A DNA stretch of 64,000 nucleotides from a virus: IMG/VR virus record IMGVR_UViG_3300042691_012617, positions 1-64,000 of that record; one strand, given 5' to 3'. Made by a program: the position numbers and the translations under genes. The notes under the pieces are model-generated. The model saw only the letters and a program-made list of their open reading frames with translations. It did not search any database and was not told where the DNA came from. Every line of letters begins with the position of its first letter. The first letter of the stretch is position 1. This document shows, one piece after another, positions 7,176 to 15,175 of this stretch.

Positions 7176-8290
7176 CGCAAGTAGATCCAAACAGAACATT
7201 CAAGATCGCAATACATTCCGACCATAGCAATTCAAGATGGAACGGAAGTAACTTGAACGGGAAGACCGCAGTCAAGGGGGATATCATCGAAGTCAACATT
7301 CATATGACTCCGAACCCATCTGCTCCCGTCAATGGTGTTACCAAGCAGATGTATGCATTGTTTCGCAGCGCAGATGTCTTGCTGAAATACGATCCCACGA
7401 AACTGGAACTTGTAAATGCGAGTGCAAATCCACGCTCTACCGACAAAGCGATCATCGATGTCTCTCGCATTTCAGCGACCGTGATCGACAACGGCATCAT
7501 CAAGTTTCATAGTCGCGTCTATCCGCCGCCACAGAGAGCAAACTTCTATTGGGAGTTTGGTGGATATAAGTTGATGGGAGGTGCGCGAAATCTAGGTGTT
7601 GTTCGTTTCCGTGTATTGGATGACTTCTACTTCCCGACCGTGCAGACAACAAACATTGATATTCTCCCCGAAGCACAGATAAACGGTGCAGTAGTAAAGA
7701 CATTCGTTGACGGAAGCCCGACTCCCAATACCAACATGGTCGATCCAAACATGGAAGACAATGTCAATCGGATCAAGTTCGGCCCTCGTCCCGATTACAA
7801 GATGAAGGTGACAATGACTCCTCCGTCTGTTGTGTCGGTTGGCAGCGAGTTCTCGGTGCCCCTGACAATCGAAAGTCTTACTTCACCTCAATGGTTCTCA
7901 TCGGTCACGGCAATTCTGATATGGGATCCGACTAAGATCGAACTCATGGGATTGGATAAGACGGGTGCAAAGGTTGCTCAGATGTCGGGATTCCTTTGGG
8001 GATGTCCGACATGCCTCAACGAGACAAAGGTTCCGAAAGACGGAAACGCCCAATTCATGTTCCTTAACCAACTCGGCAACATGACTCCTGTCTCTCAGCC
8101 GACACTCCTCGGAACCTTGAAGTTCAAGGCGGTCAGCCAGTTTGATGAGACCGCCATCGAAGTCGTAAAGATGAATGACCCCCGTTTGGCGGGACTATCC
8201 ATCATCGATGACACGGGAATTATCACAGGGACGAGTGCCAGTTGTGAGGAAATCTACGGAACTGTTATCAAGGGATGGAAAGTCCCATAA
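7172..8290 (+). CDS. protein with two cohesin-like beta-sandwich domains
   Basis: GAGGAG RBS; repeated pattern GD/GS...V.I/L...LKYDPTKLELV / LIWDPTKIELM...LGVVRFRV / LGTLKFKA. Confidence 0.7.
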   Translation: MTQVDPNRTFKIAIHSDHSNSRWNGSNLNGKTAVKGDIIEVNIHMTPNPSAPVNGVTKQMYALFRSADVLLKYDPTKLELVNASANPRSTDKAIIDVSRISATVIDNGIIKFHSRVYPPPQRANFYWEFGGYKLMGGARNLGVVRFRVLDDFYFPTVQTTNIDILPEAQINGAVVKTFVDGSPTPNTNMVDPNMEDNVNRIKFGPRPDYKMKVTMTPPSVVSVGSEFSVPLTIESLTSPQWFSSVTAILIWDPTKIELMGLDKTGAKVAQMSGFLWGCPTCLNETKVPKDGNAQFMFLNQLGNMTPVSQPTLLGTLKFKAVSQFDETAIEVVKMNDPRLAGLSIIDDTGIITGTSASCEEIYGTVIKGWKVP

Positions 8291-8327
8291 CTACTTACGA
8301 AGTGGGCATTTGACACCCACATGTGCG

Positions 8328-8364
8328 CCCCCTCCCATCTTCACAGGGAGGGGGTTGCTTTTTT
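8328..8364 (+). terminator. intrinsic terminator
   Basis: CCCCCTCCC...GGGAGGGGG followed by TTGCTTTTTT. Confidence 0.75.
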
Positions 8365-8385
8365 GGTGGGAATTGGGAAAGTGGC

Positions 8386-8414
8386 TTGACAGCAAGGCGG
8401 GGATACGGTATCTT
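8386..8414 (+). promoter_or_regulatory. sigma70-type early promoter
   Basis: GGC-TTGACA-17 nt-TATCTT. Confidence 0.7.
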
Positions 8415-8438
8415 TATGGTGTCAGAGGAAAGTACACG

Positions 8439-9116
8439 ATGACACAGACCACACTACCAACCTCCGCTAGCCGCAAGAACCGCGCCCTAGGCATTCCCGC
8501 ATTGGCAGCGACGAAGGCTTCACAGGCGAGGGCTACCCGTCAATACGCTATTCAGGACGAGCGCAAGACTCTTCTAAAGCATCCTGAAGCCAAGGCGGGA
8601 CAGCAGTACAAGATCCTCCGTGGAAACGGAGAAGGCAGCGTAGGCAAGTTGGTGTGGTGGGGCAAGACCAAGTGGGGTACCCGCTACATGCTTGCCGTTT
8701 CCGATAACAAGTTGCCAAACGGTCGATACGCGGATGTGGTCTATGCCCGTCCGTCGAACATCCTTTGGCTAGAACCGACCCGCGAAGCCCGTAGGGAGGC
8801 TTTGAGCAAGGAGTACAGCGAACTAGACTCCTATGAGGAAACTGTCTACCGCACCGAACTCCTGCGTCTCTACAACGATGCAGCGAAGGAGTGGGGGTTC
8901 GACCTCAAGACGGTGCTGACGCGAACCGCTGTCGCCCTGCGCGAGGAACTGAACTCAATCGATCAGCGACTCCGCTACATCAATGAAAACTCTTGGGCAT
9001 GCGATGGGCCTGCCTACACTCAGGTTGAGCGAGAGAACGAGTCATTGAATCGCAAGACCAAGACACTCAACCACGCCCTTGCGCTCATCGAAGGAGAAAT
9101 TGCTAATGCTGCATGA
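8439..9116 (+). CDS. hypothetical early protein
   Basis: GAGGAAAG RBS before ATG 8439, downstream of a promoter. Confidence 0.7.
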   Translation: MTQTTLPTSASRKNRALGIPALAATKASQARATRQYAIQDERKTLLKHPEAKAGQQYKILRGNGEGSVGKLVWWGKTKWGTRYMLAVSDNKLPNGRYADVVYARPSNILWLEPTREARREALSKEYSELDSYEETVYRTELLRLYNDAAKEWGFDLKTVLTRTAVALREELNSIDQRLRYINENSWACDGPAYTQVERENESLNRKTKTLNHALALIEGEIANAA

Positions 9117-9189
9117 CTTTCTGACCACAACCGATGAGAAGAGAAAGATCGTCTACTTGGCGATCCTTGCATTCGTGGTGCTACTCTGA
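9106..9189 (+). CDS. 27-aa single-TM peptide (not in the ORF track)
   Basis: MLHDFLTTTDEKRKIVYLAILAFVVLL; AAGGAG RBS; TGATG coupling to 9189. Confidence 0.6.
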   Translation: MLHDFLTTTDEKRKIVYLAILAFVVLL

Positions 9190-9680
9190 TGCAAACAACC
9201 ATACACCTTCTCAACACCGTGCATAACGACACGGTGACACTTATATCCAACGATACCGATTCTGTATCGATTCATGGTGCCGAACGCAGCATGGGATCGA
9301 AGTGGCGCGATGGTCAATACACATCAAAGCAAGCCCGACTCCTATGGCAGCAGATCATCGAAGAGGGCGGGAAGCAGATTGATGTTGGCAACCTCAACAC
9401 AGTTGTCGCTGCTCTCATAACCAACAAGACAGCCGCATATCAGATGGCTATCAAGTTGATGGAGAACAATCTGAAGCAGGAGCAGGAGTCGCGCAATCGT
9501 GAGCGCGAACATGCCGCAGAGCGCGAAGAGCAACTTGTAAAAGAGATGCATGACCTAGAGTTGCTTCTGCAACAGACGATGGATCGTGCATATCTCGCGG
9601 AGACGCAATGCGCCCTCTTGACAGGTACCACCACTCATACCTACCATGGTGAAGAGAAGTACATGGATGATGCCGTATGA
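9189..9680 (+). CDS. hypothetical coiled-coil protein
   Basis: Coupled to both neighbours. Confidence 0.7.
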   Translation: MQTTIHLLNTVHNDTVTLISNDTDSVSIHGAERSMGSKWRDGQYTSKQARLLWQQIIEEGGKQIDVGNLNTVVAALITNKTAAYQMAIKLMENNLKQEQESRNREREHAAEREEQLVKEMHDLELLLQQTMDRAYLAETQCALLTGTTTHTYHGEEKYMDDAV

Positions 9681-9979
9681 GTAACGACCAAGAGAATCTG
9701 TGGGTTCTGCGATGGGATCGCCATCCGACCAAGCGTGTCTACTTTCAGAAAGAGTACAGCGGCGGCAATCCACACATCAGAATGTGGGGAGTTGGCTTCC
9801 AAGGCTTGGACGATCCACCGCCGAAGTTGCATGTCCCGAACACATCGATGGGTGATTGGGAAGTAGACCTCAACAACGAAGAGACCTCGTACAGCATCGG
9901 CATCGATTTCGCCCGTGAACTTTGGGGTCGCATGATCGAAGCAGGATGGGCGCAAGACTTCAGGGAAACCCCTTTCTAA
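9677..9979 (+). CDS. hypothetical protein
   Basis: ATGA overlap with the upstream gene. Confidence 0.65.
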   Translation: MSNDQENLWVLRWDRHPTKRVYFQKEYSGGNPHIRMWGVGFQGLDDPPPKLHVPNTSMGDWEVDLNNEETSYSIGIDFARELWGRMIEAGWAQDFRETPF

Positions 9980-9982
9980 ACC

Positions 9983-10231
9983 ATGAGCCACTTCTACGCA
10001 CAAATCGTTGATTCCTCCCGCAAGACTGTCCCGACCGCTCGGGGTCACAAGTCAACGGGCATCCAAACTCTTACTCAGTCATACAACGGACAGATTCGCG
10101 TCCGCATGTGGCATGACATGACCACGGGCGAGGACAAGTACGAAGTCATTCTTCAGCCCCACGGCTACAGGGAAAGTGACGGTGGTATTGTCCTCGCCAC
10201 GGGGGTCATCTCGGACGATAACTCCCCGTGA
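9983..10231 (+). CDS. hypothetical phage protein
   Basis: MSHFYAQI...TARGHKSTGI pattern of a small early protein. Confidence 0.7.
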   Translation: MSHFYAQIVDSSRKTVPTARGHKSTGIQTLTQSYNGQIRVRMWHDMTTGEDKYEVILQPHGYRESDGGIVLATGVISDDNSP

Positions 10232-10273
10232 TTATCGGACTTGCCCTATTTCAGACCCAACTGCACAATAGGC

Positions 10274-10301
10274 TTGACTTCCCCTCGGGATTTGGTATAC
10301 T
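10274..10301 (+). promoter_or_regulatory. sigma70-type early promoter
   Basis: GGC-TTGACT-16 nt-TATACT with extended TG. Confidence 0.75.
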
Positions 10302-10323
10302 TCTGATGTAGGAGGTAATTCCC

Positions 10324-10518
10324 ATGACCAACGACCTTTACGCCCTGACGCACTACGAGCGAGGAGTTCGCTACGAGTTCACGGTGAAGGACGGAGTCTA
10401 TGTGGTTACCCGTGTGTGGCTGCTAGACAACGAGCGCGAGTACATGGGTGCCTATAACAAGACCGCTGCCCGAAAGTTTTGGGACGGTCTTGCTGCTCAG
10501 GGCTTCGTGAAGGCTTGA
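10324..10518 (+). CDS. hypothetical protein
   Basis: AGGAGGT RBS. Confidence 0.75.
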   Translation: MTNDLYALTHYERGVRYEFTVKDGVYVVTRVWLLDNEREYMGAYNKTAARKFWDGLAAQGFVKA

Positions 10519-10543
10519 CAGCCGCCCTTCGATACGATACCAT
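10515..10543 (+). promoter_or_regulatory. sigma70-type early promoter
   Basis: GGC-TTGACA-17 nt-TACCAT. Confidence 0.7.
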
Positions 10544-10567
10544 TCGGGTGTGAAAGGAACCACGAAC

Positions 10568-10960
10568 ATGCCAACCGCAACCGCCGCCGTCAATCTCCTA
10601 ACCGCCTCCACCAATCTCCCTGCCTCATGGGGAGACAAGAGCCTAGCCCTGCTACGGCTAGATCGGTGGCTGTGGTCTGCTCAGGACTTGGTCAACAAGT
10701 ACTACGCGACCAACTTCAACATCCTCACGCCGTCCCTGCTAGAGATGTCTGACGGTCGCCGCTACATCCGTATCGATGTCATCAACGATGGTGGTCGTGG
10801 GCAGCGCAGCGTGTGGGCATTCATCGACAAGAAGACGGGCGACATCCTGAAACCCGCAGGGTACAAGGCTCCCGCCAAGCATGCCCGTGGCAACCTCTTC
10901 GACAGCAACAACGGTCTCGGATCCCTGACTCCTCAAGGCCCCGCCTACCTCAAGGGCTAA
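10568..10960 (+). CDS. conserved T4-like phage hypothetical protein
   Basis: GRRYIRI...SVWAFIDKKTGDILKPAGYKAPAKHARGNL is a motif family common in T4-like phages. Confidence 0.8.
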   Translation: MPTATAAVNLLTASTNLPASWGDKSLALLRLDRWLWSAQDLVNKYYATNFNILTPSLLEMSDGRRYIRIDVINDGGRGQRSVWAFIDKKTGDILKPAGYKAPAKHARGNLFDSNNGLGSLTPQGPAYLKG

Positions 10961-10978
10961 AGAAACTCCTCGGTGCGA

Positions 10979-11006
10979 CCCCCTCATGCGACGAGGGGGC
11001 ATTCTC
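10979..11006 (+). terminator. hairpin, possible terminator
   Basis: CCCCCTC-7 nt-GAGGGGG with a weak U tract. Confidence 0.4.
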
Positions 11007-11020
11007 ATAGAAAGAAACTC

Positions 11021-11239
11021 ATGAACAAGAACCCATCGTCCAAGGATTTCGCAATCGTCGTTCTCGTCGCATCTGCGATCTCATTCACGCTCGTCTCGCT
11101 GCTATCGGCGGGATATCTCGCGCTCTACCACTTCCTCCGCGACCACTTCGGTCTCGGGTTTTGGCAAGTTGTGTTCCTGTATGCAATCGTCGTGACAGGA
11201 CTCAGCGCGATCACCGTGGTCAACAGATCAAGTCGCTGA
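11021..11239 (+). CDS. small two-TM membrane protein
   Basis: MNKNPSSKDFAIVVLVASAISF...; two hydrophobic segments. Confidence 0.6.
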   Translation: MNKNPSSKDFAIVVLVASAISFTLVSLLSAGYLALYHFLRDHFGLGFWQVVFLYAIVVTGLSAITVVNRSSR

Positions 11240-12175
11240 CGGCGGCTCGGATGGTTGAACGCTAGAAGGGGTACGGAGTGCTTTCCGTGCCTCCTCTAGT
11301 TTTTTGAATCCGTTCTGTTCCTTGATCTTGGCGATGATTTCCTTCGTCAGGTCTGACTGTACCTGTGCAGCGACTCCTTCAGGACCGAAGATTCTTCGCT
11401 GCTCATCGTCGGTCATCGTCTCCTTGAGGATCTGAATCATCTCCACGATCTCGCGGATGGCGGTGGCGTTTCTCTTGCTGTTCACCGTAGACCAAACGAT
11501 CATGGCAATCGCTGAGAGGAAGCCAAGGACTAGAAGTATCGCACCGACAAGAGCGATTTCTTCCATGTAGTACTGCGATGCTGAGGCAAATCCAATCATG
11601 AGAAGACCTATGAAAGCAAGCGATCCACCATATGTCTTGTTGAGGAAGAAGGCGACCGCTGCACCACCCGCGATCAGTAGAAACCCGATGACCCAAAACA
11701 TACTGATGTAGCCGTACAACTTCTCCATGGCTCTGACCTTCGTTTCATCCAACATGACCTGAAGGCTCGTCAGCGACTTCTCCAATTGATTGACTTCGGC
11801 AGTCAGTTTGTTCAACTTATCGGTCTCTCGCTGTAGATCGTCAGCGGCCTCAATAATGTTGGTAGCCTTGCTGTCAATCCGTGTCAGCGCGTCAGCCGCC
11901 GTATTGACCTCTGTAGCCTTCGGGGCGGGGGAGGGGGTCACAGAGCGGGTGGAGGGAGCGGGTGCCTGTAGAGCCAATCCCTGCCTCACAGTAGCGGTCT
12001 CCTGAAGGATCTGTTCTGCGTCTCGCTTGATGTCCCCTATCGAATCCTGTGCATGGTCGATAACCGAACTGAGAGCGGCAGAAGAAGCCCCCGTGGATGG
12101 GGTGACAACTGGTGTGGTCTTACAAGCGGTCAGCGCGAATACAGCAAGACACATGAGCGAATGCAATACTTTCAT
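11228..12175 (-). CDS. lipoprotein with a coiled coil and three C-terminal TM helices (candidate spanin/lysis protein)
   Basis: MKVLHSLMCLAVFALTAC lipobox; heptad-rich middle; three hydrophobic segments; late promoter 5 nt upstream. Confidence 0.75.
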   Translation of the reverse strand: MKVLHSLMCLAVFALTACKTTPVVTPSTGASSAALSSVIDHAQDSIGDIKRDAEQILQETATVRQGLALQAPAPSTRSVTPSPAPKATEVNTAADALTRIDSKATNIIEAADDLQRETDKLNKLTAEVNQLEKSLTSLQVMLDETKVRAMEKLYGYISMFWVIGFLLIAGGAAVAFFLNKTYGGSLAFIGLLMIGFASASQYYMEEIALVGAILLVLGFLSAIAMIVWSTVNSKRNATAIREIVEMIQILKETMTDDEQRRIFGPEGVAAQVQSDLTKEIIAKIKEQNGFKKLEEARKALRTPSSVQPSEPPSAT

Positions 12176-12180
12176 ATCGG

Positions 12181-12187
12181 TATTTAG
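12181..12187 (-). promoter_or_regulatory. late promoter CTAAATA
   Basis: 5 nt upstream of ATG 12175. Confidence 0.7.
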
Positions 12188-12217
12188 CCGATGAGTATCC
12201 ATGCATAAACACTCTTT

Positions 12218-12529
12218 ATGTCTAACTCCAAACCCAATCAAAAGCGTGAACACATCAAGACGCACATTTACAGGATGGGTGGGGAAGTGTCCCCTGTGTT
12301 GGTATTCCGCGTCAGCACGAAGGACACCAATAGATACGAGAAGGAGGGATGGGAAGAAGTTCTCATGACCTTCAGGCATGATGGAGAAGCACTCCACATC
12401 CGCTACACAGGAATTCGAACAGAAAGAGTACAGAATGCCGCGCCGAACAGCAATCGTGAAACCAAAAAGACCGAAGGCATCAACCCCCTCACTAAAGCCT
12501 TCCGACAGGCGTTCTCGTTCTTCCGTTAA
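12218..12529 (+). CDS. hypothetical protein
   Basis: 103-aa ORF filling the gap between two - strand genes. Confidence 0.55.
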   Translation: MSNSKPNQKREHIKTHIYRMGGEVSPVLVFRVSTKDTNRYEKEGWEEVLMTFRHDGEALHIRYTGIRTERVQNAAPNSNRETKKTEGINPLTKAFRQAFSFFR

Positions 12530-12568
12530 GAGTCCACGAAAACCCGCTGCGCCGCGAAAGCCCCGTCC

Positions 12569-13120
12569 TTAAAGTTTGACGGTCTGATAGGTATCGAAAA
12601 CGAAGTTGACCGTTGCCGTCATCGGTGACGGTTCGCTTTCACTATGAGTCAGCGTGAATCCCGATATCTTCGTGGGTATGAGATTGCTGAAAGTCATCAT
12701 GAGAATCGGGTTCTTCTTGTTGTTGAGGAAGAACAGTTTCCCGTGGTTGACATTCCCCTTGTACTCAGGCACGATCTCCTTGAAGTCGCGGTATGGAACG
12801 CCTGAGCGCATCCACTTCACCATTTCCATGTAGTTGCGGAAGTTCTCATCGATTATGAATCGGATGGAGATGTCGGATGGCACACCACCACCAGGCGACT
12901 TGATGTCATTCGCAGCAAACAGGTGATTGTGGATTACGGGAGTGGAACTCAGATTGGGTGTCTGAACCGCTGTGCAGAAATAGGTGACGGTGGGTACCTT
13001 CTCGCACATGAACCTGAAGTTCGTGCTAGCAGCCAAGTTCGTGTTCAGCGGATTGTTTCCGAGAGAACCGAAATTGGTGAGTTCAGGTAGCCAGTTCTTT
13101 ACTGCGGGTGATGACATCAA
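12569..13120 (-). CDS. gp3: tail tube terminator / gp3-like protein (paralog 2)
   Basis: TNFRF...P.VTYFCTAVQTPNL...IRFIIDENF.NY.E..KW pattern; located downstream of gp23. Confidence 0.75.
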   Translation of the reverse strand: MMSSPAVKNWLPELTNFGSLGNNPLNTNLAASTNFRFMCEKVPTVTYFCTAVQTPNLSSTPVIHNHLFAANDIKSPGGGVPSDISIRFIIDENFRNYMEMVKWMRSGVPYRDFKEIVPEYKGNVNHGKLFFLNNKKNPILMMTFSNLIPTKISGFTLTHSESEPSPMTATVNFVFDTYQTVKL

Positions 13121-13662
13121 GGATCCTTAATCTCATATGAGGTGAACTGGAATGTTGCATCACATGTAATGATCGGTGCATCAGCAACCGCAGAGTTGAA
13201 GGGGATGTTGCTCAAACCCGTGATCATAAGACCATCGAATACGATTCGTGCAACTGGATTTTTCTTGTTATTCAGCATCAACAGTTGACCCGAATCGGTG
13301 ATCAGGTTCAGCATTCTCGCCTGAGATCCATCTTGGAAAAAGCCATAGTAGTTCAGCGACTTCTTGAACCACTCCGACATTTCGAACCAGTTGCTGAAGT
13401 CCTCATTCACGATGAACTTGACAGCCAAGTCCCCGTGATCAATCTTGTTGCCGAAGAATTTCAGCGAGGATGCAAACGGTACGGGCACACGGATCGGATC
13501 CATCGACAGATCGGGAAACGACACCTCTGTGCAGAAATAGACACCGCTACGCACTTTCGGAATCATTAACCGAAAGTTCGTGGAGAACGCGGGGTTCGTA
13601 TTGTCGGGCTGTCGGTTGAGACTGCCAAAGACAATATCGTCGGGTAACTTGGGAACAGTCAT
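13117..13662 (-). CDS. gp3: tail tube terminator / gp3-like protein (paralog 1)
   Basis: TNFRLMIPKV..GVYFCTEVSFPDL...VKFIVNEDFSNWFE..EW...ATFQFTSYEI. Confidence 0.75.
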   Translation of the reverse strand: MTVPKLPDDIVFGSLNRQPDNTNPAFSTNFRLMIPKVRSGVYFCTEVSFPDLSMDPIRVPVPFASSLKFFGNKIDHGDLAVKFIVNEDFSNWFEMSEWFKKSLNYYGFFQDGSQARMLNLITDSGQLLMLNNKKNPVARIVFDGLMITGLSNIPFNSAVADAPIITCDATFQFTSYEIKDP

Positions 13663-13668
13663 CGAATG

Positions 13669-13675
13669 TATTTAG
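13669..13675 (-). promoter_or_regulatory. late promoter CTAAATA
   Basis: 6 nt upstream of ATG 13662. Confidence 0.7.
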
Positions 13676-13713
13676 AAAGGAAAGGGGCTGTGAGGATTTC
13701 TCCCCACAGCCCC
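13676..13713 (-). terminator. intrinsic terminator after the major capsid gene
   Basis: GGGGCTGTG/CACAGCCCC stem followed by TTTCCTTT on the - strand. Confidence 0.75.
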
Positions 13714-13756
13714 CGCGAAATTCCCCTGCCGAAGCAGGATTCTTGCCTTCTGATTA

Positions 13757-15112
13757 TCAGAAGAGGTTTGTTACCTTAACGATGCGGTAGTACATGTTCT
13801 TGCGAACGGCACCCGCAGCGTATGGATCCGAGACCGACTGACCGCCCGAGATTGTCGCAAACGGATTGTTGACCAAGCCGTAGCGAGTCTTGAAGCCGAT
13901 CTTCGGCTGGAACGAGTTCTCACCGACTGCGCGTACCATCTGTAGCGGAACATAGGGGCAGTAGAACATGCCCGCGTCATACGCAGACGATCCCTTATAG
14001 CCTGCCATGAAGAAGTCATGGGAGGTTGTCATGGACGAATAGGGATCGATGTAGACGCGCAACTTGCCGTTGAGGACACCCGCAAAGGTGTTGCCCGTGT
14101 CATCCACATTGAGGTTGGTGCTGAGGGCGGGGGCGTAGTCAAGAACGCCTGCCATGCTCAGAGCCGAGGCAACATCCGAGGAGCAGACAATGAAGTTGCC
14201 CTTTCCACGGCGGGTTTCCTTGGCGATCTGATTGCACTCACGCTCAATCTGGAAGAGCAGACCCTTGAACTTCTCAACCGACCAACGACCGTTGGAATCG
14301 ACATTGAGATCGAACACACCTTGGGTCTGAGTCGTGCCGCTCTTGGCACCCAACTTAGCGTTGTTATAGATCACGCGAACGACTTCGCGGTTGATCTCAG
14401 CCAAGATTTCGCTCGACAGGATGTTGGCGAGTTCGGTCTCAGCGTCGAGGCCGTGGATCGCCTTGAGATCCTGAGCGAGTTCCATCGTGTACTCAGCCTT
14501 GAGGGCGCGGGTCTTTGCTTCGACCGTTGTCTTCTCAATGCTGAACGCCATCTGTGGGAATGGGTTGCTTGCAGCGTCACCGAGGGATTCGCCCTTGTAG
14601 GTGGTGTAGCCCTGAGTTCCCTTCACGCCCGAGGGAGTGCCGAGACCGTTAACGGGATCAACGCCACCAACTTCGAACGGATCGGTGTTGTAGACACCCG
14701 CAGCGGTTGTACCTGTCGAACCCGATCCACCGAAGGCGGTGTCGGCTTCCTGATACAGAGCCTCGGGGCCTGCCTGATCCATGTAACGCGAACGCATAGC
14801 GAAGATAAGCCCTGTCGGGCCGCTCATCGGCTGAACGCCGCAGATGTCGTAAGCAATGAGATTCGGCATTGCACGACGAACGAGCGAGATGAGGATCGGA
14901 TCCCAACGAGCGACATTGCCGCCGCCCTCTTGTCCAGCCGACTGTGCGCCGCTGAAGTTGGTTGGAGCCGACTCGCGGAGGTACTGCTCTTGGTTCTCCA
15001 AGAGCATGGTTGTAACTGCCTTGCGGTAGTTGTCCTTGATTGCGGGAAGATCCGCATGCTCAAGGATGGGTTGCCACTTCTTCTGAAGGGCTTCGGAAAT
15101 AGTGAGTTCCAT
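13757..15112 (-). CDS. gp23: major capsid protein
   Basis: LISLVRRAMPNLIAYDICGVQPMSGPTGLIFAMRSRY, KAEYTMELAQDLKAIHGLDAE and FQPKIGFKTRYG. Confidence 0.99.
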   Translation of the reverse strand: MELTISEALQKKWQPILEHADLPAIKDNYRKAVTTMLLENQEQYLRESAPTNFSGAQSAGQEGGGNVARWDPILISLVRRAMPNLIAYDICGVQPMSGPTGLIFAMRSRYMDQAGPEALYQEADTAFGGSGSTGTTAAGVYNTDPFEVGGVDPVNGLGTPSGVKGTQGYTTYKGESLGDAASNPFPQMAFSIEKTTVEAKTRALKAEYTMELAQDLKAIHGLDAETELANILSSEILAEINREVVRVIYNNAKLGAKSGTTQTQGVFDLNVDSNGRWSVEKFKGLLFQIERECNQIAKETRRGKGNFIVCSSDVASALSMAGVLDYAPALSTNLNVDDTGNTFAGVLNGKLRVYIDPYSSMTTSHDFFMAGYKGSSAYDAGMFYCPYVPLQMVRAVGENSFQPKIGFKTRYGLVNNPFATISGGQSVSDPYAAGAVRKNMYYRIVKVTNLF

Positions 15113-15156
15113 TTAGGGTTTCTCCTTGGTAGTAACTTGGTTAGAACGAACTTTGA

Positions 15157-15163
15157 TATTTAG
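15157..15163 (-). promoter_or_regulatory. late promoter CTAAATA upstream of gp23
   Basis: Intergenic; a second GTAAATA lies at 15173-15179. Confidence 0.7.
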
Positions 15164-15175
15164 CCTTAACGCTAT

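Noticed and set aside
8175-8438. N-terminal extension of the 8175-9116 ORF
   Set aside because: It runs through a terminator and a promoter; the RBS supports a start at 8439.
12176-12397. N-terminal 74-aa extension of the 11228 ORF
   Set aside because: It overlaps a late promoter and an opposite-strand gene; the lipoprotein signal begins at 12175.
14018-15163. 381-aa + strand ORF and other long antisense ORFs (e.g. 2781-3488, 32562-33368, 58524-59363)
   Set aside because: They are shadows of well-conserved genes on the opposite strand and carry no motifs.
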